A DNA stretch of 64,000 nt from Rhodospirillaceae bacterium (lineage in GTDB: Bacteria; Pseudomonadota; Alphaproteobacteria; Rhodospirillales; Rhodospirillaceae). The notes under the pieces are model-generated. The model saw only the letters and a list, made by a program, of their open reading frames with translations, ran no database searches and was not told where the DNA came from. Position 1 is the stretch's first letter, and the number at the start of each line of letters is the position of its first letter. Below are positions 55,975 through 64,000 of the stretch, one piece after another. The stretch covers positions 2,370-66,369 of the forward strand of contig SHWP01000011.1 in assembly GCA_009693785.1 (NCBI GenBank). Direction: 5' to 3'. The translations under genes were made by a program, and so were the position numbers.

Positions 55975-57221
55975 AGCAGCACCTGCCGGGCTTTGTGCAA
56001 CGCCGCCAAAAGCGCATCGACATCCGCACGGGTATTGTAAATGGCAAAAGAGGCGCGTGCGGTGGCATTTACACCCAACACATCCATCAAAGGCTGAGCG
56101 CAATGATGCCCGGCGCGGACACAAACGCCCGAACGATCCAATACCGTGGCTAAATCGTGGGGATGGGCGCCGTCCATGATAAACGATTGCACGGCAGCTT
56201 TGTGCTGCGCTGTGCCGATAAGCTTCACTCCCGGTACTTTGGGCAACTCAGCCATAGCGTAAGCCAATAAATCCTGCTCGTGGGCAACGGCGGCAACACG
56301 ATCAAGGCCACTCAGATAATCGATAGCCGCGCCCAACCCAATGGCTGGTACGATAGGCGGGGTTCCGGCCTCGAATTTCGCGGGCAAATCAGCCCAGGTA
56401 CTTTTTTCAAAGCTAACGGTGGAAATCATTTCTCCGCCGCCTTGATAAGGCGGCATGGCATCGAGCAGTTCGTTGCGCGCCCACAACACGCCAATAGCAT
56501 TTGGGCCGTAGAGTTTATGGCCGGAGAAGGCGTAAAAATCACACCCCAGCGCCTGCACATCGATGGGTTCGTGCACGATGCCCTGGCAGCCATCGACCAA
56601 TAGCTTGGCCCCGGCCTTGTGGGTCAGCTCGGCGATCTCCTCAATCGGCAACACCGTGCCCAAAACATTGGATACATGCGCCACGGCAACAATTTTAGTT
56701 CTTGGGCCAATCACCTTGGCAAAGGCATCAAGGCTGACGCTGCCATCGGCGTTAATCGGCACCACCTTGATGACCGCGCCGGTAAGGTCGCGAATCAACT
56801 GCCATGGCACAATGTTGGAGTGGTGTTCCAAGGCCGTGAGCACAATCTCATCGCCGGGTTTCAAGACAAGGCGGCCATAGCTGGACGCCACGAGATTGAT
56901 CGCCTCGGTCGCGCCCTTGGTGAATACAATTTCTGCCGCGCTCTTGGCGTTGATGAAGGCGCGCACCTTCTCGCGTGCGGCCTCATAATTGGTGGTAGCC
57001 TTCTCGCTGAGGTAATAAGCGCCGCGATGAACATTGGCGTATTCGGTTTCGAAGGTGCGCGTCATAGTATCGAGCACGGCGCGCGGTTTCTGGGCAGACG
57101 CTGCGCTGTCTAAAAACACCAAGGGTTTACCGTGCACTTGGCGCGCAAGGATTGGAAAGTCCGCGCGGACTTTCACCACGTCGAAGGCTGGCGTCATGTT
57201 CTTGCGGGCGATGGCGGTCAC
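55971..57221 (-). CDS. sufS: Cysteine desulfurase SufS
   Basis: Matching motifs are VFLDSAASAQKP, the SGHKLYGP lysine and RAGHHCAQP. The product is 416 aa. Confidence 0.92.
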   Translation of the reverse strand: MTAIARKNMTPAFDVVKVRADFPILARQVHGKPLVFLDSAASAQKPRAVLDTMTRTFETEYANVHRGAYYLSEKATTNYEAAREKVRAFINAKSAAEIVFTKGATEAINLVASSYGRLVLKPGDEIVLTALEHHSNIVPWQLIRDLTGAVIKVVPINADGSVSLDAFAKVIGPRTKIVAVAHVSNVLGTVLPIEEIAELTHKAGAKLLVDGCQGIVHEPIDVQALGCDFYAFSGHKLYGPNAIGVLWARNELLDAMPPYQGGGEMISTVSFEKSTWADLPAKFEAGTPPIVPAIGLGAAIDYLSGLDRVAAVAHEQDLLAYAMAELPKVPGVKLIGTAQHKAAVQSFIMDGAHPHDLATVLDRSGVCVRAGHHCAQPLMDVLGVNATARASFAIYNTRADVDALLAALHKARQVLL

Positions 57222-58540
57222 ACACCCCTCCGCTTCAACCAGCCATTCACCATATCGCTGAAGACTGCCCGCACGTTCTCATCGGAAATAGTGGCCACGG
57301 CCTCATCCAAGAAGCCTGCGACCAGCAAGGCCCGGGCCGTATCGCGGTCGAGCCCACGTGCCATCAAATAAAATAAATGTTCGCGGTCAAGCTCGCCCGT
57401 GGCCGCGCCATGTGCGCACTGCACATCGTCGGCAAAGATTTCCAACTCGGGCTTGCAATCGACTTCTGGGCCCTTGGACAAGAACAACGCCTTGTGCAGC
57501 TGGCGCGCGTCAGTTTTTTGTGCGTCACGCGCCACATGAATGCGGCCCTGGAACACGCCATGGGATTGCCCATCGACCACACCCTTGACCAATTGCGACG
57601 AGGTTCCGTGAGGAACATGGTGCTCGACGACAGTGGTCAGGTCGTGATGTTGCTTGGCGGTCAGCGCATAAACGCCATTCATGCAGCAATCGGCCCCCGC
57701 ACCGTTCAGCGCGGCGCGGACTTCTTGGCGCACTTTGGCCCCGCCGAGGCCCAAATGAAATGTTTCAAAGCTGCTGTGCGCAGCCAATGCCACGGAGGTT
57801 GTCGCGAAATGAAACGCATCGGCGTCTTCGGCTACCGACACATAGCGCCGCAACGAAGCATTATCAGCCAAGCTAATCTCAGTGACCGGATTGGCTAGAT
57901 AACTTTGCCCTGGCAGGCCAATGTGGGTTTCAACTACCGTCAGCCGTGCCCCAGTCTCAAGCGCGATGATGTTGCGCGGATGAAACGCCAGCGGTTCGGC
58001 CCCCGCCGCGCCGATGGATACGATATGCAGCGTTGCCCCGGCAAAATTCTTGGCCGTCATGATGACCAAGCCATCAGCCATATAAGCAGCGTTCAGGGCC
58101 GCCAGGGGCAGCGCGCCACTGCTGGCAATACCACCAAGAAACGGTTTTAGTGTTTGCGGCTCGCGCACTAAAAGCTGCTTGAAGCTTTCGATGCGCAAGC
58201 CTGGCAAAGCGTCGAGCGGGTCTGACAGCGCTGTATTCACTACGCCGTTCACCAGCACGACACGCTGCGCACCAGGAATGCTGGGTACTCCTCGCGGCAC
58301 CTCACGCACATCAATGTCGTCAGCGGTAGCGGCAGGAATAAAAGGAATCTTAGATAACTCGCCCAGTGGAGTGAATTTCCACGCCTCGTTTTTGGGGCCC
58401 GGCAAGCCAGATGCATTCAAAATACCGCGCGCAGTTTGGCGCAAACCATCGATCCAGGCATGCGCCGCCCCGGGCAGTGCGCCCAAGCGGGCGGCATAGC
58501 CTTCTTTGAAGGGGTGATCGAGCAAGCCTGTGGCAACCAT
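57218..58540 (-). CDS. sufD: Fe-S cluster assembly protein SufD
   Basis: The beta-helix family C-terminus is present (CAHGATGELDREHLFYLMARGL). Its position is between sufC and sufS. Confidence 0.88.
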   Translation of the reverse strand: MVATGLLDHPFKEGYAARLGALPGAAHAWIDGLRQTARGILNASGLPGPKNEAWKFTPLGELSKIPFIPAATADDIDVREVPRGVPSIPGAQRVVLVNGVVNTALSDPLDALPGLRIESFKQLLVREPQTLKPFLGGIASSGALPLAALNAAYMADGLVIMTAKNFAGATLHIVSIGAAGAEPLAFHPRNIIALETGARLTVVETHIGLPGQSYLANPVTEISLADNASLRRYVSVAEDADAFHFATTSVALAAHSSFETFHLGLGGAKVRQEVRAALNGAGADCCMNGVYALTAKQHHDLTTVVEHHVPHGTSSQLVKGVVDGQSHGVFQGRIHVARDAQKTDARQLHKALFLSKGPEVDCKPELEIFADDVQCAHGAATGELDREHLFYLMARGLDRDTARALLVAGFLDEAVATISDENVRAVFSDMVNGWLKRRGV

Positions 58541-58558
58541 GGTCGTCTCGATCCTCGC

Positions 58559-59311
58559 CTAAGCCGCCGCCAAATACTTAGCGTAGCCCTCGGCCTCCAA
58601 CTCGTGCGCCAAATCTTTGCCGCCGCTTTTGACAATGCGGCCGCCCGCCATGACGTGCACATGATCGGGCACGATATAGTTCAGCAGCCGCTGGTAATGA
58701 GTGATGACCAAGAACGCGCGGGTTGCGCCGCGTAGCGCGTTGACACCATCCGACACCACCTTGAGCGCGTCGATATCAAGGCCAGAGTCGGTTTCATCGA
58801 GCACCGCAAAGCGTGGTTCCAGCAGTGTCATCTGTAATACTTCGGCGCGTTTCTTCTCGCCGCCCGAGAAACCCACGTTCAATGGCCGCTTGATCATGTC
58901 ATCGGGAATGCCCAAGGCCTTGTTCTTGGCCTTGACCAGCTTGAGGAACTCCATGGCATCGATCTCTGGTTTACCCTCCGCGCGGCGCTTGGTGTTGATG
59001 GCGCTTTTCAAGAACGCCGATGTGGATACGCCCGGAATTTCCACGGGATATTGAAACGCAAGGAACACTCCCGCACGGGCACGAACGTCTGGTTCCATCG
59101 CCAGCAGGTCCTGCCCGTCATAAGTTACCGAGCCGCTCTTAATGTCGTAGCCGTCGCGTCCGGCAATGATATTCGACAACGTGCTTTTGCCGGTGCCGTT
59201 GGGGCCCATAATGGCGTGCACCTCGCCCGCCTCAATCGACAAGGAAATTCCTTTCAGAATGTCCTTGCCTTGGACCGATACGTGCAGGTCTTTGATGTCG
59301 ATGAGAGCCAT
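58559..59311 (-). CDS. sufC: Fe-S cluster assembly ATPase SufC
   Basis: It has Walker A (GPNGTGKST), an LNVGFSGGEKKR signature and Walker B (LDETDSGLD). Confidence 0.95.
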   Translation of the reverse strand: MALIDIKDLHVSVQGKDILKGISLSIEAGEVHAIMGPNGTGKSTLSNIIAGRDGYDIKSGSVTYDGQDLLAMEPDVRARAGVFLAFQYPVEIPGVSTSAFLKSAINTKRRAEGKPEIDAMEFLKLVKAKNKALGIPDDMIKRPLNVGFSGGEKKRAEVLQMTLLEPRFAVLDETDSGLDIDALKVVSDGVNALRGATRAFLVITHYQRLLNYIVPDHVHVMAGGRIVKSGGKDLAHELEAEGYAKYLAAA

Positions 59312-59323
59312 GTGACTTCCAAT

Positions 59324-60778
59324 TTATCCAACGCTGCCTTCAAGGCTAATCGCCACCAACTTCTGCGCCTCGACGGCGAATTCCATCGGCAGGGTTTGCA
59401 GCACTTCCTTGCAAAAACCGTTGACGATCAGCGAGACCGCCTCTTCGGTGTTCATGCCGCGCTGCAGGCAATAGAACAGTTGATCTTCACTGATTTTCGA
59501 GGTGGTAGCTTCGTGTTCGGTTTGCGCGGTTGGGTTGCGGTTTTCGATGTAAGGCACGGTGTGCGCCCCACAGGTGTGCCCAATTAAAAGGCTATCGCAT
59601 TGTGTGTAGTTGCGCGCGCCATCGGCCTTACCCTGGATACGCACAAGGCCGCGATAGGTGTTGGAGGATTTGCCCGCCGAGATGCCCTTGGAGATGATCT
59701 TCGAGCGGGTGTTTTTGCCCAGATGAATCATCTTGGTGCCGGTGTCGGCTTGTTGGTGGTTATTAGTGATGGCGACGGAATAGAATTCGCCCACGGAATT
59801 GTCGCCTTGCAAAATGCAACTGGGGTACTTCCAGGTAATGGCCGAGCCGGTTTCCACTTGGGTCCACATGATCTTCGAATTCTTGCCCCGGCAAGCCCCG
59901 CGCTTAGTGACAAAGTTATAAATGCCACCCTTGCCGTCTTTGTCGCCCGGATACCAGTTCTGCACCGTGGAGTATTTAATCTCGGCATCGTCGAGCGCGA
60001 TCAACTCAACCACCGCGGCGTGAAGTTGGTTCTCGTCGCGCTGCGGGGCGGTGCAGCCTTCAAGGTAACTCACGTACGAACCCTCATCGGCAATGATCAG
60101 CGTGCGTTCAAACTGCCCGGTGTTTTTCTCGTTGATGCGGAAATAGGTTGAAAGTTCCATCGGGCAACGCAGCCCCTTGGGGATATAGACAAACGAGCCA
60201 TCGGTGAACACAGCGCTATTGAGCGTGGCGAAAAAGTTATCGGCCACGGGCACGACCGAGCCCAAATATTTCTGAACCAATTCAGGGTGCGTCTGCACGG
60301 CCTCGGAGATTGGGCAGAAAATCACGCCCATCTCCTGCAGCTTCTTTTTATAGGTCGTGGCCACCGACACGCTATCGAACACGGCATCGACCGCAACGCC
60401 TGACAGAATTTGCTGTTCCTGCAGCGGAATGCCCAGCTTCTTGTAGGTCTCCAACAACTGCGGATCGACCTCATCAAGGCTGTTCAATTTGGGTTTTTGC
60501 TTGGGCGCGGCGTAGTAGTACGATTCTTGATAATCGATCTTGGGATAATGCAGCTTTGCCCAGGCGGGCTCATCATCAGCCAACGTCAGCCACGTGCGAT
60601 ACGCTTTCAACCGCCACTCTAGCATCCAGGCCGGTTCGTTCTTTTTGGCCGAGATGAAGCGCACGATATCTTCGCTCAAGCCCTTGGGCGCGCGGTCGGA
60701 CTCGATATCCGTGACGAAGCCGTACTTGTAGGCTTCGACCTCGCGAACCGCTGCCGCTGTTTGTGTGCTTGCAGCCAT
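59324..60778 (-). CDS. sufB: Fe-S cluster assembly protein SufB
   Basis: The product is 484 aa. Matching motifs are [29 protein letters not shown] and FAVEAQKL. Confidence 0.95.
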   Translation of the reverse strand: MAASTQTAAAVREVEAYKYGFVTDIESDRAPKGLSEDIVRFISAKKNEPAWMLEWRLKAYRTWLTLADDEPAWAKLHYPKIDYQESYYYAAPKQKPKLNSLDEVDPQLLETYKKLGIPLQEQQILSGVAVDAVFDSVSVATTYKKKLQEMGVIFCPISEAVQTHPELVQKYLGSVVPVADNFFATLNSAVFTDGSFVYIPKGLRCPMELSTYFRINEKNTGQFERTLIIADEGSYVSYLEGCTAPQRDENQLHAAVVELIALDDAEIKYSTVQNWYPGDKDGKGGIYNFVTKRGACRGKNSKIMWTQVETGSAITWKYPSCILQGDNSVGEFYSVAITNNHQQADTGTKMIHLGKNTRSKIISKGISAGKSSNTYRGLVRIQGKADGARNYTQCDSLLIGHTCGAHTVPYIENRNPTAQTEHEATTSKISEDQLFYCLQRGMNTEEAVSLIVNGFCKEVLQTLPMEFAVEAQKLVAISLEGSVG

Positions 60779-60784
60779 CAGTAA

Positions 60785-61273
60785 TTATCCTTTGACCGCA
60801 CCAACATCCGTCATGCGCACCGGAAGCGGCGTGAGCCCAAACCCAGAAACATCCGCGACCATTTCGGCCAAGGTGACTTCGGCGAGCGCCGCACGCACGG
60901 CATTGTTGACGCGGTTCCATTTGCCCTGGACGGGGCAAATGCGCTCCATGCCGCATTCTTCGTCGGAAGTATCTGCGCAGGCTGTGAGGGCGATGGGCCC
61001 TTCGACGGCCTGAATGACATCGGCAACAGTGATCTCATCTTGCGGCCGCCCCAGCGCATAACCGCCCGTCGCTCCACGGTGCGAAGCAACCAGCCCAGCC
61101 TTGTGCAAACTCTTCATCAGCTTCGCAACTGTGGGCAGCGGCAAGCCGGTATGGTCAGCCACTTGATGGGCGGAACGGCGCGCATCGGCACGTGCCATGT
61201 CGATCAGCACCACCATGGCGTAGTCGGTTAGCTTGTTGACTTTGAACAACTTTCCCTCCTCAAAAGGGGGCAA
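60785..61273 (-). CDS. Rrf2 family transcriptional regulator (IscR/SufR-like) heading the suf operon
   Basis: It has LTDYAMVVL and a wHTH. The Cys residues C-x6-C-x5-C (TACADTSDEECGMERICP) are compatible with cluster ligation. Confidence 0.85.
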   Translation of the reverse strand: MPPFEEGKLFKVNKLTDYAMVVLIDMARADARRSAHQVADHTGLPLPTVAKLMKSLHKAGLVASHRGATGGYALGRPQDEITVADVIQAVEGPIALTACADTSDEECGMERICPVQGKWNRVNNAVRAALAEVTLAEMVADVSGFGLTPLPVRMTDVGAVKG

Positions 61274-61385
61274 TCAGGGCGACGACCCTAATATAGACTA
61301 AATCAGTCCTGTTTGCTCATATTTATTAAGGTGGCGCTGTAATAGATTCAAGGCCCGCTTCGACCAAGAATCAGGCCGAATAGAT

Positions 61386-62084
61386 ATGGAACCCAGACTT
61401 ATCCTACTGACGGACAAAGCTTTTTCCGAAGAGGTTAGCGCCCGGCTCGCATCCGGCGGGGTTAAGCCTGCCAGTATTATCGATAGCTTAGATGGTCTTA
61501 AAGCCGCAGCGGCCCAAAGCTCCCTACCTCAAAGGCTCGTGTCGTTTGGCAGTAACGTCATTGTTCCACCCGACCTGCTGAAACATTTTTCCGGTGCGTA
61601 TATTTTTCATCCCGGCCCGCCTAAGTACCGCGGGCTGTTTCCGTCGGTCTTTGCGCTTTACGACAACGCGGTGGAATTTGGCGTCACCTGCCATGAAATG
61701 ACTGCCGATATCGATGCAGGATCTATCGTCGCCGTCGAACGTTTTGCGATTCCCAACAATGCTAATCGTGAGCAACTAGATGCGCTGACATACGCGGCCA
61801 TGCTGGCACTGGTCGAACGCCTTGCGCCCCAGCTTGCCGATCTCTCGAAATCCTTAGCGCCGGTGGGTGAGACATGGTCGGGGCCGGTTCGACGCCGTGC
61901 CGACTTCGACGCGTTGTGCCGCTTACCTGCCAGTGTCAGCGCGGATGAATTCCAACGCCGCTACCGCGCCATCGGCGAAGGCCCACACCATGCATTGTCG
62001 ATTGAATTGCATGGGCGCACGTTCAAGCTTGAGAGTGAACGTAAAGGCTTACGCGTAGTGCGCGGCGGGCGCGAGATCAACTAG
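61386..62084 (+). CDS. Formyltransferase-family protein
   Basis: The HPGPPKYRGLFP...GVTCHEMTADIDAGSIV pattern matches the formyl_trans_N catalytic region. Confidence 0.6.
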   Translation: MEPRLILLTDKAFSEEVSARLASGGVKPASIIDSLDGLKAAAAQSSLPQRLVSFGSNVIVPPDLLKHFSGAYIFHPGPPKYRGLFPSVFALYDNAVEFGVTCHEMTADIDAGSIVAVERFAIPNNANREQLDALTYAAMLALVERLAPQLADLSKSLAPVGETWSGPVRRRADFDALCRLPASVSADEFQRRYRAIGEGPHHALSIELHGRTFKLESERKGLRVVRGGREIN

Positions 62085-63007
62085 GAGCCGGTGAAGCACG
62101 CTTTGAGATTTGCTGCTAAGCCGCGCATCAACTCAAAGTAAAGATCTGCGCCTGCTCGCAACGTCGACGCCTCGGGGTCGAGCGTGCCTGTATTAGCATC
62201 GCTGCCCTCAACCAAAGTCTGCACGAGCTTCGGTTCGAATTGAGGCTCCGCAAACACACACGCGGCCTTGAGTGATTTGATCTTGTCTTTAATCTCGCCC
62301 ACGCGTTTGGCGCCAGGCATCCGGTCGGGGTTGACCGTGATGGAACCCGCGGCATTCAGGCCATAGTGCTTTTCAAAATATTGGTAGCCATCGTGAAACA
62401 CGACGAAGGGCTGATGTTTGACCGGATCAAGAGTTGCCCTCAATTCAGCATCCAACGCCTCGATGCGCGCTATCACTGCCTTGGCGTTGGCAGCATAGGC
62501 AGGCGCGTTTGTGCTATCTGCTTGTGACAACGCAACTTGCACCGCGCGAACGATCGCTTTGGCATTGGCGGGATCAAGCCAGACATGCCCATCCAATTGA
62601 TGGTCATGATCGACGCCCGGTGCGTCGTGATCCTCATCGTGTTCCTCCCAGACACCACCTTCACGGCCTGGGAGCAACGTGAGGCCTGGTGTTTGAGAAA
62701 GTTCAATAATCGTGGCGCGGCCTGACAGCGCTAAGAGGGGTTTTGCCAAAAATGTCTCCAAACCCTCGCCCACCCAAAACACCACCTCGGCATCGTTCAG
62801 GGCCTTGGCATCCGACGGGCGCATGGAGAATGTGTGCAGGGACTGCCCGCTACCGACAATTACGCCGGGCGTGCCCACGCCAGCCATGACGCCTTCCACT
62901 AACGAGGCAATTGGCTTGATCGACACCACCACCTTGGGCGCAGCCGACGCGCTGGCCGAGGCCATCACTCCAGCGGCAACAATCGCTAGCATTCGTGCGC
63001 AGATCAT
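62081..63007 (-). CDS. znuA: Zinc ABC transporter substrate-binding protein
   Basis: It is a cluster-9 SBP with an acidic/His-rich loop (EEHDEDHDAPGVDHDHQLDGH). Confidence 0.85.
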   Translation of the reverse strand: MICARMLAIVAAGVMASASASAAPKVVVSIKPIASLVEGVMAGVGTPGVIVGSGQSLHTFSMRPSDAKALNDAEVVFWVGEGLETFLAKPLLALSGRATIIELSQTPGLTLLPGREGGVWEEHDEDHDAPGVDHDHQLDGHVWLDPANAKAIVRAVQVALSQADSTNAPAYAANAKAVIARIEALDAELRATLDPVKHQPFVVFHDGYQYFEKHYGLNAAGSITVNPDRMPGAKRVGEIKDKIKSLKAACVFAEPQFEPKLVQTLVEGSDANTGTLDPEASTLRAGADLYFELMRGLAANLKACFTGS

Positions 63008-63027
63008 CCGGGCCTCAGTGGTTGATT

Positions 63028-63047
63028 TGTTATGTTATAACATATTA
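63028..63047. promoter_or_regulatory. Candidate Zur box in the divergent znuA / zur-znuC promoter region
   Basis: The perfect 12-bp palindrome ATGTTATAACAT (63032-63043) has AT-rich flanks and resembles known Zur operators. Confidence 0.6.
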
Positions 63048-63085
63048 AGATGGCCGATCAATTCGTTCTGTATCCTTGAGAATCC

Positions 63086-63580
63086 ATGCCCCGCACCCAC
63101 GCTGCCTTAGCTGACTTCCCAAAACGCGGACACGACCACCGTGCGTGCGGCGCGCATGCCCTATCCGAGGCAGAAGAACTTTGCCGCCAACGCGGTGCGC
63201 GACTGACCGAACTGCGCCGCCGCGTGTTGGAAACCGTGTGGCAGGATCACGCCCCGCTGGGCGCTTACGATATTCTCGCGCGATTGAACGCGGGTGGAGA
63301 ACGCAATGCGCCCATGGCGGTGTACCGCGCCCTCGACTTTTTGATGGAGAACGGTTTGGTCCACCGCCTCTCCAGCCTGAACGCCTATGTGGGGTGCCGC
63401 CACCCCGGACACGATCACAGCGGCCAGTTCCTGATTTGCACCCAATGCCGCGATGTCGCCGAGTTAACGAGCGATACCGTCAGCACTGCTGTTTCGCGTG
63501 CGGCTAAATCGCGGGGTTTCAAGCCAACCGGCGGAATCGTCGAAGTCATGGGGCTGTGCCCCAACTGCCGGAGGTCATGA
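63086..63580 (+). CDS. zur: Fur family zinc uptake regulator
   Basis: It has a wHTH plus CxxC...CxxC (CTQC, CPNC). It lies adjacent to the znu genes. Confidence 0.85.
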   Translation: MPRTHAALADFPKRGHDHRACGAHALSEAEELCRQRGARLTELRRRVLETVWQDHAPLGAYDILARLNAGGERNAPMAVYRALDFLMENGLVHRLSSLNAYVGCRHPGHDHSGQFLICTQCRDVAELTSDTVSTAVSRAAKSRGFKPTGGIVEVMGLCPNCRRS

Positions 63581-63584
63581 CGAC

Positions 63585-64000
63585 ATGACCGCCCTGGTAG
63601 ACTTGCGCGAGATTGGACTCAGCCGCAACGGCAAGCGCATTCTTGACCATATCGACTTGGCCGTGAGCGAGCGCGAGATCGTCACCCTGATTGGCCCGAA
63701 TGGCGCGGGAAAATCAACGTTGGTCAAGGTCGCGTTGGGATTGGAACGGGCCGACGGTGGCAGCGTTACCCGCCGGTCCGATTTGCGTATTGGCTACTTA
63801 CCACAGCGCTTTGCACTCGATGATGCGCTACCAATGACCGTGCGCCGCCTGATGACGCTGACATTCAAGGCCCCCGCAAACAGATTACAAAGCGCACTCG
63901 ACGAGATGGGAGTTGGTCAACTGATCGACGCCAGCGTTCACAATTTGTCAGGGGGTGAATTGCAGCGCGTGATGCTGGCACGTGCCCTGTTGCGCGAACC
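63585..64000 (+). CDS. znuC: Zinc ABC transporter ATP-binding protein (3' end outside window)
   Basis: The ATG at 63585 gives MTALVDLREIG. It has Walker A (GPNGAGKST) and LSGGELQR. The frame stays open to the window edge. Confidence 0.85.
   Translation, partial: MTALVDLREIGLSRNGKRILDHIDLAVSEREIVTLIGPNGAGKSTLVKVALGLERADGGSVTRRSDLRIGYLPQRFALDDALPMTVRRLMTLTFKAPANRLQSALDEMGVGQLIDASVHNLSGGELQRVMLARALLRE

Overview
This is a GC-rich chromosomal segment with an alphaproteobacterial-type gene repertoire, mostly housekeeping. It carries rne, aroQ-accB-accC-aat, an NDUFA12-like/MlaD/DUF2155 cluster, class II RNR nrdJ, serA, ygiQ, parE, a complete Rrf2-sufBCDS-sufU-sufT-sufA operon, znuA/zur/znuC and one tRNA-Val(GAC). 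Most long ORFs in the six-frame track that run antisense to these genes are GC-driven shadows. I could not identify a clear multi-gene novel system such as a defence island. The stand-out items are listed below.
(1) A 1317-aa protein at 3678..7631 (-) is made of 163 uninterrupted, in-register octapeptide repeats (L-[TS]-T-x-Q-[LIV]-x-[GAS]). I cannot assign it to a family.
(2) A 19-bp perfect palindrome (TTATGTACCCGGTACATAA) occurs six times between 25.7 and 38.2 kb and brackets a HUH/Y1 REP-associated transposase (RAYT).
(3) A stand-alone OAS/CD-NTase-like nucleotidyltransferase follows nrdJ, with two of its three catalytic acidic positions substituted.
(4) Two tandem paralogous SAM-methyltransferase-fold proteins both carry twin-arginine (Tat) signal peptides.
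(5) Two long AT-rich hairpins occupy the divergent promoter region upstream of parE.
Smaller items include a perfect 22-bp tandem duplication, a duplicated tRNA 3' end, a frameshifted MCP gene and a hairpin element inside the 5' end of a DUF2155 gene.
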